Both the position numbers and the translations under genes were made by a program. Of a stretch of 64,000 nucleotides of DNA, positions 1 to 15,160 are shown piece by piece. Origin of the DNA: Octopus bimaculoides (taxonomy: Eukaryota); assembly GCF_001194135.2 (NCBI RefSeq), contig NC_069003.1, positions 29,014,985 to 29,078,984 of the forward strand. Direction: 5' to 3'. The notes beneath the pieces are model-generated. The model was given only the letters and a program-made list of their open reading frames with translations, had not been told where the DNA came from and searched no databases. How positions within the stretch are numbered: the first letter of the stretch is position 1; every line of letters begins with the position of its first letter.

Positions 1-1645
1 ATAACTCCTCCTTCCATTAACAGTTTAATGTCAATTTAGTCTATCATAGGATGCAAATTAGTGTTGCATTCTACAGAACCTGCCATCTATCGATTGGAAA
101 CAACACACATTCAGTCGAATATTTGAACATTTCCCAAAATTACTCTCATTATATTGTATTTATTTAATTATTTGTAATATATATCATAGAAAAATGACAA
201 GTAACTTGAAAGAATGAAATGTTAGAATACATACTCTCATTATGATTTTGCATTTAACTGTTGTTGACGAGGCAGGGCTTTTAGAACTACAGATAAATTC
301 CTCGCTGTATTTGTTCTAGTAGGCCTCTGGATTCTACGTTTCCATCCTTCCGAAGACAAATGTACCGTATATTTTTTGTTTTAGTAAATATAGCTCCAGT
401 CTGGAGTGTGGACTTAGCTGAGTTGTTAGGACATAGAATAAGCTGTGTTGCGATATGTATTCTGACTCATGTGTTTGAGTTCATATAGCATTCTGGATAG
501 ACTTTATACAAAGTAGAATATCACCCATGACAGGATATCAGCTAGCAAACTAGATTTAGAGTGAATTGAAACTTGGGAAACAATTATAGAGTTTTTTTCA
601 ACAAACCAATCACCCGGTCACTAAATTTCAGGCAGCAAAATTGTCTCCTGAAATTGTTTAACAATTCACAACAAAATGGCACGAGTTATTGTTCGAATGT
701 ATTGGTTTTGTGACTTTCATAGCCTTATATAATGACAAAATACGATGGATTTTGTTAGCGCTTGAATCGGAATTATTTCATTAGGTTGACTGGGTCTTAG
801 AATTTTGGTAAAGAGACAAAGAGTGGACCCACAAGGTAAGATGTCCTAGAATCATCTGGTGGTGATTGGTAGATTAAGAAATGAAGTCAGGAAGCAAGAT
901 AAAGCAAATATTGATAAGCTAAACGCAAGGGAGTTTTTGGAAATCATATCCCCTACCATCAATCGAAAACGCCATTATGACGATCATTGTTAAAAGTATG
1001 TCCTCGCTAGTAGATTATTTACTCTTGGCTACGGCCAAAAGAATCGAAACTGAGTTACACATACATAACTTCCGTATATCATCTTTGTTCAAATTGTGTT
1101 AGTGTAATATTCTCCATGGTCGAGAAAATAAGTACATGCTTTTGACTGAAATGGGAATAGTGGCTTTGCTATTAAATTTCTGATTCTATATAGTTAAAAC
1201 GAATCAATATTTATTGTGTGTAATAACGAGAAGTTTGTTTTTAACTGAGTTGTTTATTTAGAACAGAAATATGTTCTTTAATGTATTTGCGTCAGTTAGA
1301 AATTTTGTAATATTCTACATTAGGTTTATGACGAAAATAAACAAAAATAGAAGAACGCTAGATATAAAGAAGAAAGATGGGAGGATGCATATATATATAT
1401 ATATANNNNNNNNNNNNNNNNNNNNNNNNNNNNNNNNNNNNNNNNNNNNNNNNNNNNNNNNNNNNNNNNNNNNNNNNNNNNNNNNNNNNNNNNNNNNNNN
1501 NNNNNNNNNNNNNNNNNNNNNNNNNNNNNNNNNNNNNNNNNNNNNNNNNNNNNNNNNNNNNNNNNNNNNNNNNNNNNNNNNNNNNNNNNNNNNNNNNNNN
1601 NNNNNNNNNNNNNNNNNNNNNNNNNNNNNNNNNNNNNNNNNNNNN

Positions 1646-1688
<43 letters not shown>

Positions 1689-2059
1689 TATGTATATGTA
1701 TATTTGAAAACTTCATATGTAATTTCGCTTCACACAACTAAATATCTGTGCAAATGCCATACATTGCTTTTTATTTCTTTTCATCAATTAATGTCCAAAT
1801 AAATATCGAATTGTTGAACAGAAATATACACAACATAAATATATATTTTATTGCAAATGGTTTATAGATACATGTCTCATTGTATTGTGTTATTATTTAG
1901 TATATGACTGGTTATATTCATTGGAATGTCTCCAAACTGGTAAAGTAGTCGGTTACATCAACTCATGTACCTTAAATATGTAACTGCACTTGAATACAGA
2001 AATACAAAGTTAACATGACCTAAAGGTAGGTATACAAAGAGATATACATGTAAATATAT

Positions 2060-2430
2060 ATACATTATATATGACGGGTTTCTTCCTTCAGTTTCCATCT
2101 AACAAATACACTCACAAGGCTTTTGTCGGTTCTGAGCTTTAGTAGAAGACACTTGCTCGTTGTGTCCAGTGCTGAGAACCCACCGGGAATGATACGGCCT
2201 GGAAATAAACTTCATTTGACACAGAGACGCCTGATTTATTTCTGGTTCAATCAGTGGACGGCAGACGTGCCGGGCCACCAACTTGAAGCCTTTAGTTGAA
2301 CAATCGACTCAGTACGTATTTTTAAAACCGGCTACTTGCTCTAACGCGGCTCCCTTGTCAAGCGGTTAATTTACTGGGACGTAAATACAGGAACGCCAAA
2401 TGTCAGGGTGTGGTAGGAAAGGAAAAATAT
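2060..2430 (-). mobile_element. Degenerate, rearranged SINE family A copy
   Basis: cttcagtttccatctaacaaatacactcacaaggc...agtagaagacacttgc is the reverse complement of the family A core; the later part resembles the family A 3' half. Confidence 0.6.
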
Positions 2431-2979
2431 AAAATACACACATATATGTACACACAATGCGCTTCTCACTTAATTCTGCAGTAGAATGAAAGAAAAAGAA
2501 TTTATATTTAGCCACCTTTCTTCACTTAAAATTTCAAGGGAATCAATATACAATACCTTCACGCCTACAAACTAAGGTAACTAAAATAATAGCTTGGCGG
2601 GAGATCTTTGCAGTTGTTTTTTCCTTCTTTTATGGTTTCGCTGCCATAATTCACGAATACGTAGAACTTATTATGTGTGAATTGCTGTCATTGTTGATGT
2701 TCTGAAAAAAAAATAGCCCCAGTTATTTATTACAATAGACGCTGGCGAAATCTTTAAGACATAAAAAAAACTTTTCATTTTTTAAAACCCAATAAGATAT
2801 TGAAGCAATTTCTATTAATCTTACCCGGAAATTTAATTCTCTTCCGATCGAATGTTTCAAATTATTTGGAATAAACAGTTAAATAAAATTATTATAAAAC
2901 TCTAAATCTAACAGAATTAGCATATCTATTGAAACTATCACCATATTTGCCGACAAACNNNNNNNNNNNNNNNNNNNNN

Positions 2980-3010
<31 letters not shown>

Positions 3011-3022
3011 CACACACACACA

Positions 3023-3140
3023 TAAAGAATTAATCGTAGACCAGGTTTCGCCATTAACGCAATTATCAATTACTTAACGCGTCCGTGGCTCTTCAGTACG
3101 TCTGTCAATGGCGAAACGTTGGTCTACGATTAATTCTTTA
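3023..3140. repeat. 118-bp inverted-repeat element (mini-MITE)
   Basis: taaagaattaatcgtagacca-g-gtttcgccatt (3023-3055) vs aatggcgaaac-gt-tggtctacgattaattcttta (3107-3140); 51-nt spacer. Confidence 0.85.
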
Positions 3141-3145
3141 ATGTA

Positions 3146-3566
3146 CCGTAAATCTTCAAGTATAATCCGCACTTTTTACCCAAAATTTAAAGGTCAAAAT
3201 TTCTAGTGCGTACTATATATGAGGCTAAAAATGAAAAATATTTTCTAAGCAAATTTTTCTAAGTGATAAATATGTAAAGGCAATTTACTTAAAATATATT
3301 TTTCACTGACGTTATTACTGTTATTTCTTTATTTTCTGCAAAGTGTACAAAAAAGCTACACGTTTGCATTCTGTTATATATACAATAATAATAAAGGATA
3401 TTACCGTATATATGTTTACAAACCAAGGACGTTATATAGACCTTCTTGACTCATGTTATAGAAGGGGTGCGTATTATACAAAAGGTTTAAGTTTTTCAGA
3501 GGTACAGCCCCCTAAAAATCCCTTGCGTATTATGCTCAAGAGCGGATTAGACGCGAGGATTTACGT
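3146..3566. mobile_element. Non-autonomous Tc1/mariner-superfamily (pogo/Tc2-like) MITE
   Basis: Imperfect 28-bp TIRs (ccgtaaatcttcaagtataatccgcact vs reverse complement of 3539-3566; 22/28 match), flanked by TA at 3144-3145 and 3567-3568. Internal copies of a gtgcg(t/g)a(t/c)tat motif. No coding capacity. Confidence 0.72.
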
Positions 3567-3619
3567 TATGTATATATATGTATGTATATATATGTATATA
3601 TATGTATATATATATATGC

Positions 3620-3778
3620 CAATCGATGGTAATTTGTTTACGTCTCTGTAACAATGGTTTTGGCAAAAAGAACGATAGAATAAATAGCAAGTACTATGAT
3701 CGGTTTGTTTGTCTAAAACCGTCAAGATGGTGCCCCAGCATGGCTGTGTCCGGTGACTGAAAGAAGTAAGTGATTAAA
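3620..3778 (+). mobile_element. SINE family A 3' half
   Basis: tttacgtctctgtaac...ggcaaaaagaacgatagaataa...gatggtgccccagcatggctg...gactgaaag matches the 3' half of 59293-59700. Confidence 0.7.
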
Positions 3779-4149
3779 GATTCGTGTAGTTGCTTAATCT
3801 CATGTCATGATCATTGTAAATATGATGTAGGTTATTCTCGCCATTATTTGGGAGCTCAGCATCTCTAGATCAACATTACCGCAAACATTTAACTATCAAA
3901 AACGGTAGAGTAAGATTTGAGAAAGATTTGGCTGTTATTTCTAGCATGTTGATTGACTTCGTAGATAAGATAGTCCCTTGTTAGCTAGAGCGATTATCAA
4001 TTTGTAGGCAATGACAACCAGAAATATGATTCAGATTTTTCACGAATATAATTAATGCGATGCTTTTCTGACCAATTTGTCATGGAAATGCTTGTGACAG
4101 GAGATTGTCATTTCCATTTGAAAAACATTTCAGCGTGTCTAGTCAGAAC

Positions 4150-4211
4150 TCACCTTCTCGCTCTCTCTCTCTCCTTCTCTCTCTTCCCCTTGCTATTTCC
4201 CTCTCTGTCTA

Positions 4212-4272
<61 letters not shown>

Positions 4273-4643
4273 TTGTATATATATATATATATATATCACA
4301 AAAACACAAATAGACACACAAACACGCATATGCAAACACGCTCACATTCTCACTCCTATTCGGTGTCAGATTCTCTTTCTTTAATTTCCTTGACTCTGTC
4401 TTTCACACTTTCATGCTCTCACGCTGTCTGTTCAAAAAGTTACTGTTTAGGAATAATGATGGTGCCAACAATAACTGAATTATCATCTTAAAGCAAAATT
4501 GAATTATCCGTAGCGGTGAAATTATAAATAAAATATGAAAGGAACAAATAACAAGCGATATAAAAATTATAGTGTATGTTTTATTCAATTGTGACTATAA
4601 TGATATTAATAATAATAACAACAACAACAACAACAACAACAAC

Positions 4644-4705
<62 letters not shown>
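4150..4705. repeat. (CT)n/(AT)n and (ACA)n/(ATA)n microsatellites
   Basis: Arrays at about 4150-4296 and 4606-4705. Confidence 0.9.
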
Positions 4706-4707
<2 letters not shown>

Positions 4708-5874
4708 GAATCATCAATAAAAGTAATGATAAAAGTAAAAAAAAAACATGAACAACATCATCTAGAATAATATTAATGATTACTTTTATTGGTCTCAAGA
4801 CGTAGGATGTAGTTCAAAGACGAAATACAAAAGAAAACAAGAAATAAATAACGGTGTCAGGGCTGTGGAGGGAAGGTTGTTTACCATCGAATTAATGAAA
4901 ATAATAAACAGACATTAACAAATAAGTTACGTTAAATAGTTATTTCAACAAAATTAAAAGAAATTCACAACGAGAAATCAACATTGAAATAGTGAACAAT
5001 ATAATAACGTGCATAGCCACACGTTATACTAGCTTGCATTACATCGACGATGATTGATAACTTTCGCAGTGATTGTTAAAAGTGAGATCAGTCATTTAAC
5101 CATAGAAAGTGAGATCACAGAGATTTCTGCTATTTAACGGTAAGTTCACCTTCAGATTGATCCACAATACGGCCCCTTTGAAATTCAGACAGTTCCACTT
5201 CGTGGTATATTTAAACAGTCACATATAGAACCTGAAACATAAAAAAAGTCGATTAATAAAAATATAAACCTTTACAAGTTAAACGATGTTTTATTTCGTG
5301 TCTATATACATCTGTCATGTCTTTTTATATACACACATACACACATATACATGTATATATATATATGTAGGATGGAGAGAGAGAGAGAGAGAAGGAGGAG
5401 CAGATAAATGGAGAGCGAGAGACTTTCTGAAATTAAATATGAACTTTTTAAAATAATCATAGAAAAATAGAATGACGCAAACCTTTTGGGAGGAAGTTTA
5501 TGTGTTGTTTGCAAGCGCTTTCGCTATATACATACATACATATGATCATATGTGCCTCAGCGTGAGAGATTGGGGAGTGAAGGTTAAGAGAGAAGGAATG
5601 AGAGACAGAAAGAAAGAAAGGGAACTACCTTTGTGTTCTATCTAATTAGCTAGAGCGCCTAAAGCCTAATGTAATGAGTACACATGAATGTTCGTCATTA
5701 AGCCATAAGATGCATTGAAGACAGACAGATCGCTGCCAAACAAACGCATAGAATATTGAAGAATGTAACCACACACATAGGCATACACACACACACACAG
5801 ATAAAATGTATGCGCATACATACATATACATAATATATAAATATATATATATATACATACAGATACACACACAA

Positions 5875-5905
<31 letters not shown>

Positions 5906-7813
5906 TATACATACCTGCATACATGATGCATATAATCCTCTTGGTTTTTGTACTAGATACGGTTTTTTCTAATTTTAGCTTTGCATTTTTACATAAGATA
6001 TACAAGGAGACACTAAAAACTAAGGCATTTTCTATAGGGTGCAGTTAGTGGCTGTATGGATTTCACACATATTTGCTTGGCAATCTCGTGAAGTATGTGT
6101 GTATGTATTAACATGTATATATATGTATATATATGTGTATATATATTTACAGAAAGACCAGTCTCCGGTTGATTTTCTGCTGGCCACTCGATAATATTTC
6201 CACATTTGATATTAACGAATTTTGACAAACTCTGGAAACATAATATTCTTGAAATTGCGCCTCGTATCAAAGTTATACAGCTATTTTGTGTAAACATGAA
6301 ATGAAAAAAATCGTATAAGTGAAAGCTCGTTAAAAACCATCTTGTTAAGCGTGCTTGAAATAACAGCGATCACATATTTACTATTGTAAGGCTTATAGTG
6401 TCCCAAGTAGCCATACCAACAAAATCACTTCTTTATTTAAAAAAAAAATATATATTTATATCGGTATCTTAAAGAATTTTCATTTTATCAATATATGTGT
6501 GTGTGTGTGTGTATCCATATATATGTATAATTAAATATATCCATACATACATACATATATATATATATATNNNNNNNNNNNNNNNNNNNNNNNNNNNNNN
6601 NNNNNNNNNNNNNNNNNNNNNNNNNNNNNNNNNNNNNNNNNNNNNNNNNNNNNNNNNNNNNNNNNNNNNNNNNNNNNNNNNNNNNNNNNNNNNNNNNNNN
6701 NNNNNNNNNNNNNNNNNNNNNNNNNNNNNNNNNNNNNNNNNNNNNNNNNNNNNNNNNNNNNNNNNNNNNTATATTCATACACACACTTGCATAAATATTA
6801 GATGCACATACATATATATGCAAATATCCATAGACGCATGCATATATGCATATATAGGAAAATGTATACATTTGTCAAATCAGTAGGTGATTTTCGTAGG
6901 CGATATACTAGAGGACGCTTGTCGTTCGAATACGAGTATATATTTTCTCTTTTGTTAAGCTTGGCAAAATCAAAAAATAGACGAAGAACAAAATGTTATG
7001 CTCTCTTTAGTGACGTTTATGTAAATCCCATTGAGGCGAACTTCGCTCTCTATCTACCTATTTTGTACAGAAAAACATATCACTAAAACATTGCAATCTA
7101 CATTATCAATCCCTAACCCCTCAGTATAATTCTAAGCAACTAATGAACTAACTTTCGACTACCAGATGGAGTTATCCAATTATCTGGTTACATATTGTTC
7201 TTATCTGTACGTTTTCTATCTTGCCATAGTAATATATTCGAGTACATAATCATTTCTGAATAATCTGGTTTTGCATTCTAACAGTGATAGATTTATAATT
7301 GATATCTTCATTGTAATACTATTCACGTTGATCAGTCTCAATGCAAGATTAAGGATACAGTACCACCCTTTTTGTTGCTCTAATCACTCTTTCTAAAGAA
7401 ATGTTGTGCAAATGAAGAGATTTGGAAATTCGTGTTTTAATATGCTCATTAAAACAAGCTCAAAATAACTATGTGGTCTGTGTTAGTAAAAAATATTGTT
7501 GAAATTCTTCAGCTTCGTTAAGTAGACGCATACTGAGAATTTTGTGCAAGATCTTGGTTAGGATATCTGTACTTGTACTAACAAAGAGATTTGCTTGAAA
7601 TTTCCGTAATCCAGTTCCTAGAAGTATGCGTTTCCTTGTACTCCTTATCTTCATTGAGTCGTAGAGGCGCTCACGATATATACAGCGTTCATTGCGCCGC
7701 GAAAACTGGTAGTACTTTTTCCTCTCAGGATCTTAATGTCTTCTTCCAGAGAGAGCGGGGTGGGAGATAAAGATAGAGAGAGAAAGAGAGAATGAGAGAG
7801 AGAAGAAAAGAGA

Positions 7814-7870
<57 letters not shown>

Positions 7871-8496
7871 ACAATGTATTGTTGTATCCCAAAACGAAAT
7901 ACAAATATCAGAGTGAATTGAACGCAAGGTGGAGCGATGAAAAGAATAATGCAGAAAATTCTTTGCTATGCATCAACAAATCTACTATTACCATACATTC
8001 CCTAGCTTTAGGTTCCACCACCACCCAGTTTGAATTCCCAACGTAGCGACGGGTGAAATACCGCTAAGCATCTCGTTCTACCAGTTCGTCGGGTTAAATG
8101 TTACATTATTAACGTATATTATACATTTCAAGTTAGCCGATATTTCTGAGTAGTTCACAAAGATTAGTTATTCTACGTTGTGTGCAAATCAGCTCAGTAA
8201 GAATTAATTATTTTACATGGTGAACATAAGCAGTTTGTGCAAATTAGATTAAGGAAATTAACAAAAACCTAGTTTTCTGTAAGCTACAAATCTCGACATT
8301 TACAGGTCATTAGCATTTTCTTTCCGATAAAGGTTAAACAAATTTGTAATCTATTGAGAGCCGTAAATATATTCATTTTTTCTCTCGGGAACTTAAAAAT
8401 TAATCCAGTGGTGTAAAGACTTTGTTCACTCTTCACAACGTTGTCTCATTTTCCTTAGACATATCAACTCGTGTGTTACTTTTCAACCTTCTAGAC

Positions 8497-8624
<128 letters not shown>

Positions 8625-9467
8625 AACATACATACATGCATACGTGTTCGTAAGCTTTTATTTGTATACAAGTTTTTATACTTAATCTGGGGGTAATCAC
8701 TCCAAATCGGAGTTGTAGACTTTCAGAATGTATTGTCGTTGCCCTTCCTTCCTTCCTTTACCTAACCACGAGCGTAATTCAACCGGCATACTGCCAATAA
8801 CATAAACTTGCAAGTTTTACGTTTTTCACTTTTAGTAATCCGTGACTCATAAATATATTACATGAAACGTTTATAAAAAAAAAAAATATTGCGTGTTACA
8901 ATCCCCTTGTCACTTCTATAAATCACTCTGAACATATTCATGAATATTCATATTCATACATATTTATAGTCATGTGCGATTGTAAAAGTATGTGAAGATG
9001 TTCGTCCGACTACTACAGAGAAATGAACGAATCATTGATTTTATTCGTGAAGTAGAGCGCAGCTAGTGTAATAATATAATTGTCCGTAATAAATATATTT
9101 AATAACTCTTTTGATGGAATAAACGCATTTGGCATTGCTTTCAGAAATATTAAGTTGAAATTGCCGGTCAATAAATAAAGGTTGCAATGTGTGTCTTTTA
9201 ACTTAGATAATACCTTTCACATGTAGATTTCATATTAAATGTTACTGAAAACGTTTGTTTTCTGCATTTCAGTTGAACCAATTTCGTATGTCTCTTTGTT
9301 AATGCTGGGAACGTAAGAGAAATTTTCAAAATTTAGCAGCGGAAATATAAACTAAGGTCTTGTTAGCAATATCGAAAACAAAATGACTTCGTGTGAATAT
9401 ATTTTCAGCATGTAGAGGAGAAGGTTTCAGGCTATTTTCTTTTTTTGAAATTATAATGATTACTAGA

Positions 9468-9765
9468 CCGACGTTGGTTACGATGACAAGGGTTCCAGTT
9501 AATCCGATCAACGGGACTTCCTGCTCATGGAATTAACAGGCAAGTGGCTGAGCACTTCGCAGACACGCGTACCTTTATCGTAGATCTCAGGAAGATTCAG
9601 CGTGACACAGAATGTGACAAGGCTGGCTCCTTTGTGCCAGCTGAATAGCTGAAGTGACGTGAAATAATGTATTTTTCTCAAGGACACAACGCACGGCCGG
9701 GAATCGAACTAACGATCGTGAGCCGATTACCCTAGTCACTAATTCACGCGCCTTCACGCGCCTGC
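9468..9765 (-). mobile_element. tRNA-headed SINE, family C
   Basis: Minus strand begins with a tRNA-like head (gttcgattccc B box) and ends ...gtgctcagccacttg...gatcggattaactggaacccttgtcatcgtaacc, shared with 31533-31830. Confidence 0.8.
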
Positions 9766-12646
9766 ACAAAGGAAATCAAAGAGAGAAACATAAAAATGAA
9801 GATGTTCTACCTATTTGAAGAATATGGAAATATTTACAAAACATTTAATTTTTTGCTTCAATTTAATATCAGGGATGTTTGGTTACTATATCTAGCAAGT
9901 CAGCCAACGGTTTCGAGGCACTCCGTTGGATTCACAATCTTTGTTAATTTGTACTCTCTTTTTGAATTTTTAACTAAGATGAAATTATATAAATTTGTAT
10001 GATTTCGTATGCAAATAACAGAATAACATATTACACATTCACTTTCTTATTCCTTTCTTATTTCTTTAAATAATGATAACCGTTGTGTTTTATTTATTTA
10101 AAATGCATTTTCCTCTATTTACTTTGCTCAAATCACTAAGCATCCATATATATGGATAGTCGTATGCGACAGTAACTGTATTGATATTTTGACTTTATTC
10201 ATCTTTGATAAAAATTTGAAATATTTCTCAGATAGAACTGCATTTTATTAACTCACAAGCAATGTCAATAATTTCCTATAAATTCCTTCTCTTTCCAACA
10301 TTGAATTATTATAGTATGTATATATACTTTTACTTAATTTGTATATAGATATTCATGAGAATTTCTCTGTAATATCAAGTAATATTTGTTGGCTGTCAAT
10401 GCATCTTGTAGCACTTAAGTAAATGTTGCTACACTATCAACAGAAAAATGTGTGAATTATGAGAAGATAATTGATACCACAGCCTATATTGCTAGTTGCA
10501 TTGATATCTACTTTATAAATGCTATTGTAGACTCTGAAGGAGATGTATTCTGAAACGAGAAATAAATACATGTAAGTGCTATCACATCAAAGCTTGCTTT
10601 CTTTACTTTAGTAATTTAGATTTCTTAATGCATGTTAGGAAATGTATGAGGGGAAAATAACAAAGTAGAGAAATATTTGCCAAACAGTATATTTTAGAAA
10701 ATGTATTTTGTGAAAACAAGCTTATTGAATGTGCCAAATATGAATTATTTTCATGCCAAAATATAAATGTCCAAAACTAAAACTCATTTCCTGATGATAT
10801 ATTTGGCCTTAAAGCAGATATTTCTTTTCAGGAATCGTTTCTCTTAATACTTAGATAATAAACAAAATTTAATCCGGGTAGAAGATAATAATTAATCATT
10901 TTATCGCATCTACTTTGATTGAACCATAAGCATCGGGTTTAGAGATTTACTGTTTAATTCATTCGCTGGAAGAAACAGAAAGCATGTCTTGGAATCCTAT
11001 AAATCATTTACACGAACACTGTAATTGTAACATTCTCTTGCAAAGTGTTTAAATTAATTGCGACCGCTTCAGAATGTTTTCATCGCACTTCAGAATAACT
11101 TTCATCGATCAGTTATGGAGGTAACTTGATATTTTTTGTGCGATACTTCTGTTTGAGATTCGGCTGACAATTGACATCCGGATATCTTGTTCATGTGGAT
11201 AAATGAGACATTCACGATTTAGCGAGAGTGCTAGAATTTAAGTTATCACAGTTCCTGACTTTATAATAATATTGTTCTATAAGCTTGTAATAAGATTAAC
11301 TGCTTGGAATAACAAAGATTCCACATGTCTATTATTGAAAAGGTAATGAGAGAATCAATGAAATCAGTAACTATGAATTTGAGCCTATTTCAAGCTAATC
11401 GAGTTCACGATGGACCTAACTGAGAAACGGGTGATACAACCATCACGTGTGATATATCCATGAATCCTGATAATAGTCATTGCTGACAACGTTTGGAGAG
11501 ATCCAATCATTTCCAGAATATTCCAGAAAATATATATAGGTGTACGTTTCAATGGATGCATGCCTCTCCTCTCTCTCTCTCTATCTATCTATCTCTTAAT
11601 CATCTATTTAAATCTTTATCTGTCTGCCTGTCTGACTGTCTGTTTTTCTCTCTCCCCATCTATCTATCTATCTTTCTGTATGCCTGTCGATCTAGTGATC
11701 TATCTATTTATCTGTCTATGTATCTACCCATCGTTATATGTGTGTATATATATTTTATATCACCCGAAATTGCAAAGATAACCTGGAACTCGATTCAGGA
11801 AAGAAAACTCCGATGACCTGTCGTTGTTTTTTTTTGTTTTTTGTTTCGTCTATCGAGATGTTTTGTTGTCCCTTTTTTGTATTACCTAACTGTCTGGATG
11901 TTTTGCGTCTTTCTTCCATTTTTTTAAATGTTTATATATAAAAACATATAGCGGCGTACGTACACTTTGGTCTCATATATATATATACATATATATATAN
12001 NNNNNNNNNNNNNNNNNNNNNNNNNNNNNNNNNNNNNNNNNNNNNNNNNNNNNNNNNNNNNNNNNNNNNNNNNNNNNNNNNNNNNNNNNNNNNNNNNNNN
12101 NNNNNNNNNNNNNNNNNNNNNNNNNNNNNNNNNNNNNNNNNNNNNNNNNNNNNNNNNNNNNNNNNNNNNNNNNNNNNNNNNNNNNNNNNNNNNNNNNNNN
12201 NNNNNNNNNNNNNNNNNNNNNNNNNNNNNNNNNNNNNNNNNNNNNNNNNNNNNNNNNNNNNNNNNNNNNNNNNNNNNNNNNNNNNNNNNNNNNNNNNNNN
12301 NNNNNNNNNNNNNNNNNNNNNNNNNNNNNNNNNNNNNNNNNNNNNNNNNNNNNNNNNNNNNNNNNNNNNNNNNNNNNNNNNNNNNNNNNNNNNNNNNNNN
12401 NNNNNNNNNNNNNNNNNNNNNNNNNNNNNNNNNNNNNNNNNNNNNNNNNNNNNNNNNNNNNNNNNNNNNNNNNNNNNNNNNNNNNNNNNNNNNNNNNNNN
12501 NNNNNNNNNNNNNNNNNNNNNNNNNNNNNNNNNNNNNNNNNNNNNNNNNNNNNNNNNNNNNNNNNNNNNNNNNNNNNNNNNNNNNNNNNNNNNNNNNNNN
12601 NNNNNNNNNNNNNNNNNNNNNNNNNNNNNNNNNNNNNNNNAAATAT

Positions 12647-12691
<45 letters not shown>

Positions 12692-13484
12692 TGTGTGTGT
12701 GTGTGTGTCCCGGTGTGGATGGGTGTGCTTGGGTTTTTGTGTGCGTTTGTGTATATGCTTTCGTGTTTCTGTGTGCCTTTGTGTACGCGCGTTTGTTGTA
12801 CTTGTGTATGTGCATACATCTTTGATCACAAAAGAGATCTTTTAGATGCAACGCCGCGTGAAATTTAATAACTCCATTACAATATAAGTCAGAGAGCGTC
12901 TTTGAGATTTTATCAACTAAAATATACTTTAAGTGTCTTCAATCGCGTCTAAACGGTGTGGGAAGTGAAGGTGGTAACTTCGATTTTCTATGTAATGCTT
13001 ACAATACGATTTACAGATTTGAATAATTGATTCAAAGCGGATAAATAGGATGCGAGAAATTTATACAATGTATTAGTCTTGTATCTGGTAGAGTTTTTGT
13101 ATGTATTATTTCTTCATTTGATAATAAAATATATTTCAGATGTAAAATGTATGCTTCACTGAGAACAGAACAACAGAGGCGCAATATATTTCTTGGACAG
13201 TAAAGTTCATAGTACAATAAATGAATAATGTTAGTCCGCTAGAGTTAGTAAGTGCAAGAAATTTCTACCGAAGCAAACCAGTCTCTCGATCTCTAAAACT
13301 GGCAACCCAATATTGCGTCGATCAAACTTTACCAGATAATGAAGCACATTTCTAGTTGATAAGTATAAAGCATTATTTCATTACATTTCGTCACAAATTA
13401 ACATTTTGAATGGTCACAAAATTATTAGAACAACAATTCCACGTTACATTATTTTTCATTATGTGTAACATAGAAATATCAGTC

Positions 13485-13880
13485 GTGCGTGTGTGATTAG
13501 AAGATTGCTTCCCAACCACATGGTTTCGACTTCAGTTCCACTGCGTAGCAGTGTCTTCTATTATAGCCTTAGGCTGACAGAAGCCTTGTGAGTGGATCTG
13601 ATGGACGGAAACTGAAAGTAGTCCGTCGTATATATACATATATATATATATATGTATGTGTGTTTGTGTGTGTGTGTATGTATGTATATATCTGTTTGTG
13701 TGTCTTTGTATCTGTGTTTGTCTCCCCACTCACCGCTTGACAATCGATGCTGGTTTGTTTACGTCCCCTTAACCTAGCGATTTGGCAAAAAAAAGACCGA
13801 TATAATACTACCAGGCCTAAAATATAAGACCTGGGGTCAAATGTTCGACTAAAACTCTTCAAGATGGTGCTCCAAAATAG
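13485..13880 (+). mobile_element. SINE family A copy
   Basis: Collinear with 59293-59700: ccaaccacatggtttcg..., gacggaaactgaaag, internal microsatellite, cgactaaa...gatggtgctcc. Confidence 0.82.
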
Positions 13881-14889
13881 CTAACGTTTCTGCCAACCCT
13901 TAGGGCTAAATTGTGCTCAAATTTATCTAAAGGTCCAGCATTCTAACATTGTTATCAGACGTTGTGTTTCAACTGCTTTTGGCGCTGCAAATTTGGCGTC
14001 GCTTGTCTGACACTGGATTGTTTGACATCAACCACTTTAAAGATTCTCTCATCTTCCGTTTCTCTCTACCTCTATCTCTCTTTCACTTTCTATTTACGTG
14101 AGCGGAAATATTCCACTTATATGTATGATAATAGGGAAAGTGTTTCTTAAGTCTCTTTCGGTATATGTGTACCTCCGCTCACGCATGTGTGCATGTCTAT
14201 GTGTGTGTGCATGAGTATATGTGTGCATATGTGTGTGTCCGTTTGTGAGTTTCTGTATGTGTGCGTGTGTATGTGTGTCTGCGTGCGTGTGTATGTGTGT
14301 CTGCGTGCGTGTCTCTGTCTCTGTGAGTGTGTGAGTAAGCGTCTGTATTTGTATGTATGAAATATGTCTCCACTTTCACAAAGTAGTATTAAATAGGCTG
14401 GAATTACATTCAACCGCACTAGATCAACGTCTAAATAGCAACGATTCTCCGAAACATTCAGTTCTTTGTATGACCCTAATTACGCCAGCTAATTACGTTA
14501 GATTATGTCACGAAAATAAAATTAAAAATTCTGATGAATGAACAATTTGTTCCATTAATCGCACAATACTCATCATCTACCCCATTTTGCTGGTTGCATT
14601 AATTTGTCGTCTAAATGTAGCATTAGTCTCTATCCCTTTTATTTCTACAGCTTGCTTTAAAATAAACACTGTGTTGGTATACATATTTTTTTTATCTCTG
14701 TTTACTCAACTGCGTTGTGCTGTGCAATGTATATATCACATCTATTTGAAAGGATATCTTTTAAGACGTACAACTAATACAATGCGACTAACAAATTTAA
14801 GTGATATTTCTGAGTAGTACATTAGTAATGTAACTTATAAAATCTTGCGAGACAACTGGATGCGCACAATTGTATCTATATCGTGTGTA

Positions 14890-15160
14890 ATTAGTGAGAG
14901 GGCATGCTTCAGTGATTTGAGAGTCGGTCTCACAATCATAAAGCAGTGAATTCGATTCCCCGACCGACCTGTGTGATGTGTTCTTGAGCAAGACAAAAAT
15001 GAGTTGCGACTTCATACAAGGGAAGGACTTTTGCCCCTCCCTTGAATAACATCGGTGACATGGTGAGCGTAGGCTGGTATGCATGGGGACTGCTGGTCTT
15101 CCATAGGCAAAATTGCTGGGACTTGTACCTTGGAGGGGAACTTTCTAGGTGCAATGCCAT
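14890..15160 (+). mobile_element. tRNA-headed SINE, family D
   Basis: tRNA-like head (ttcgattccc), ttcttgagcaagac, and body gactgctggtcttccatag...ggaggggaactttctaggtgcaat. Confidence 0.6.

Noticed and set aside
7150-7654. LRR-like phrases on the minus strand
   Set aside because: No regular LxxLxLxxN periodicity.
10140-10800. Weak GPCR-like phrases (LTANKYYLIL) on the minus strand
   Set aside because: Stops in every frame and only one loose motif.
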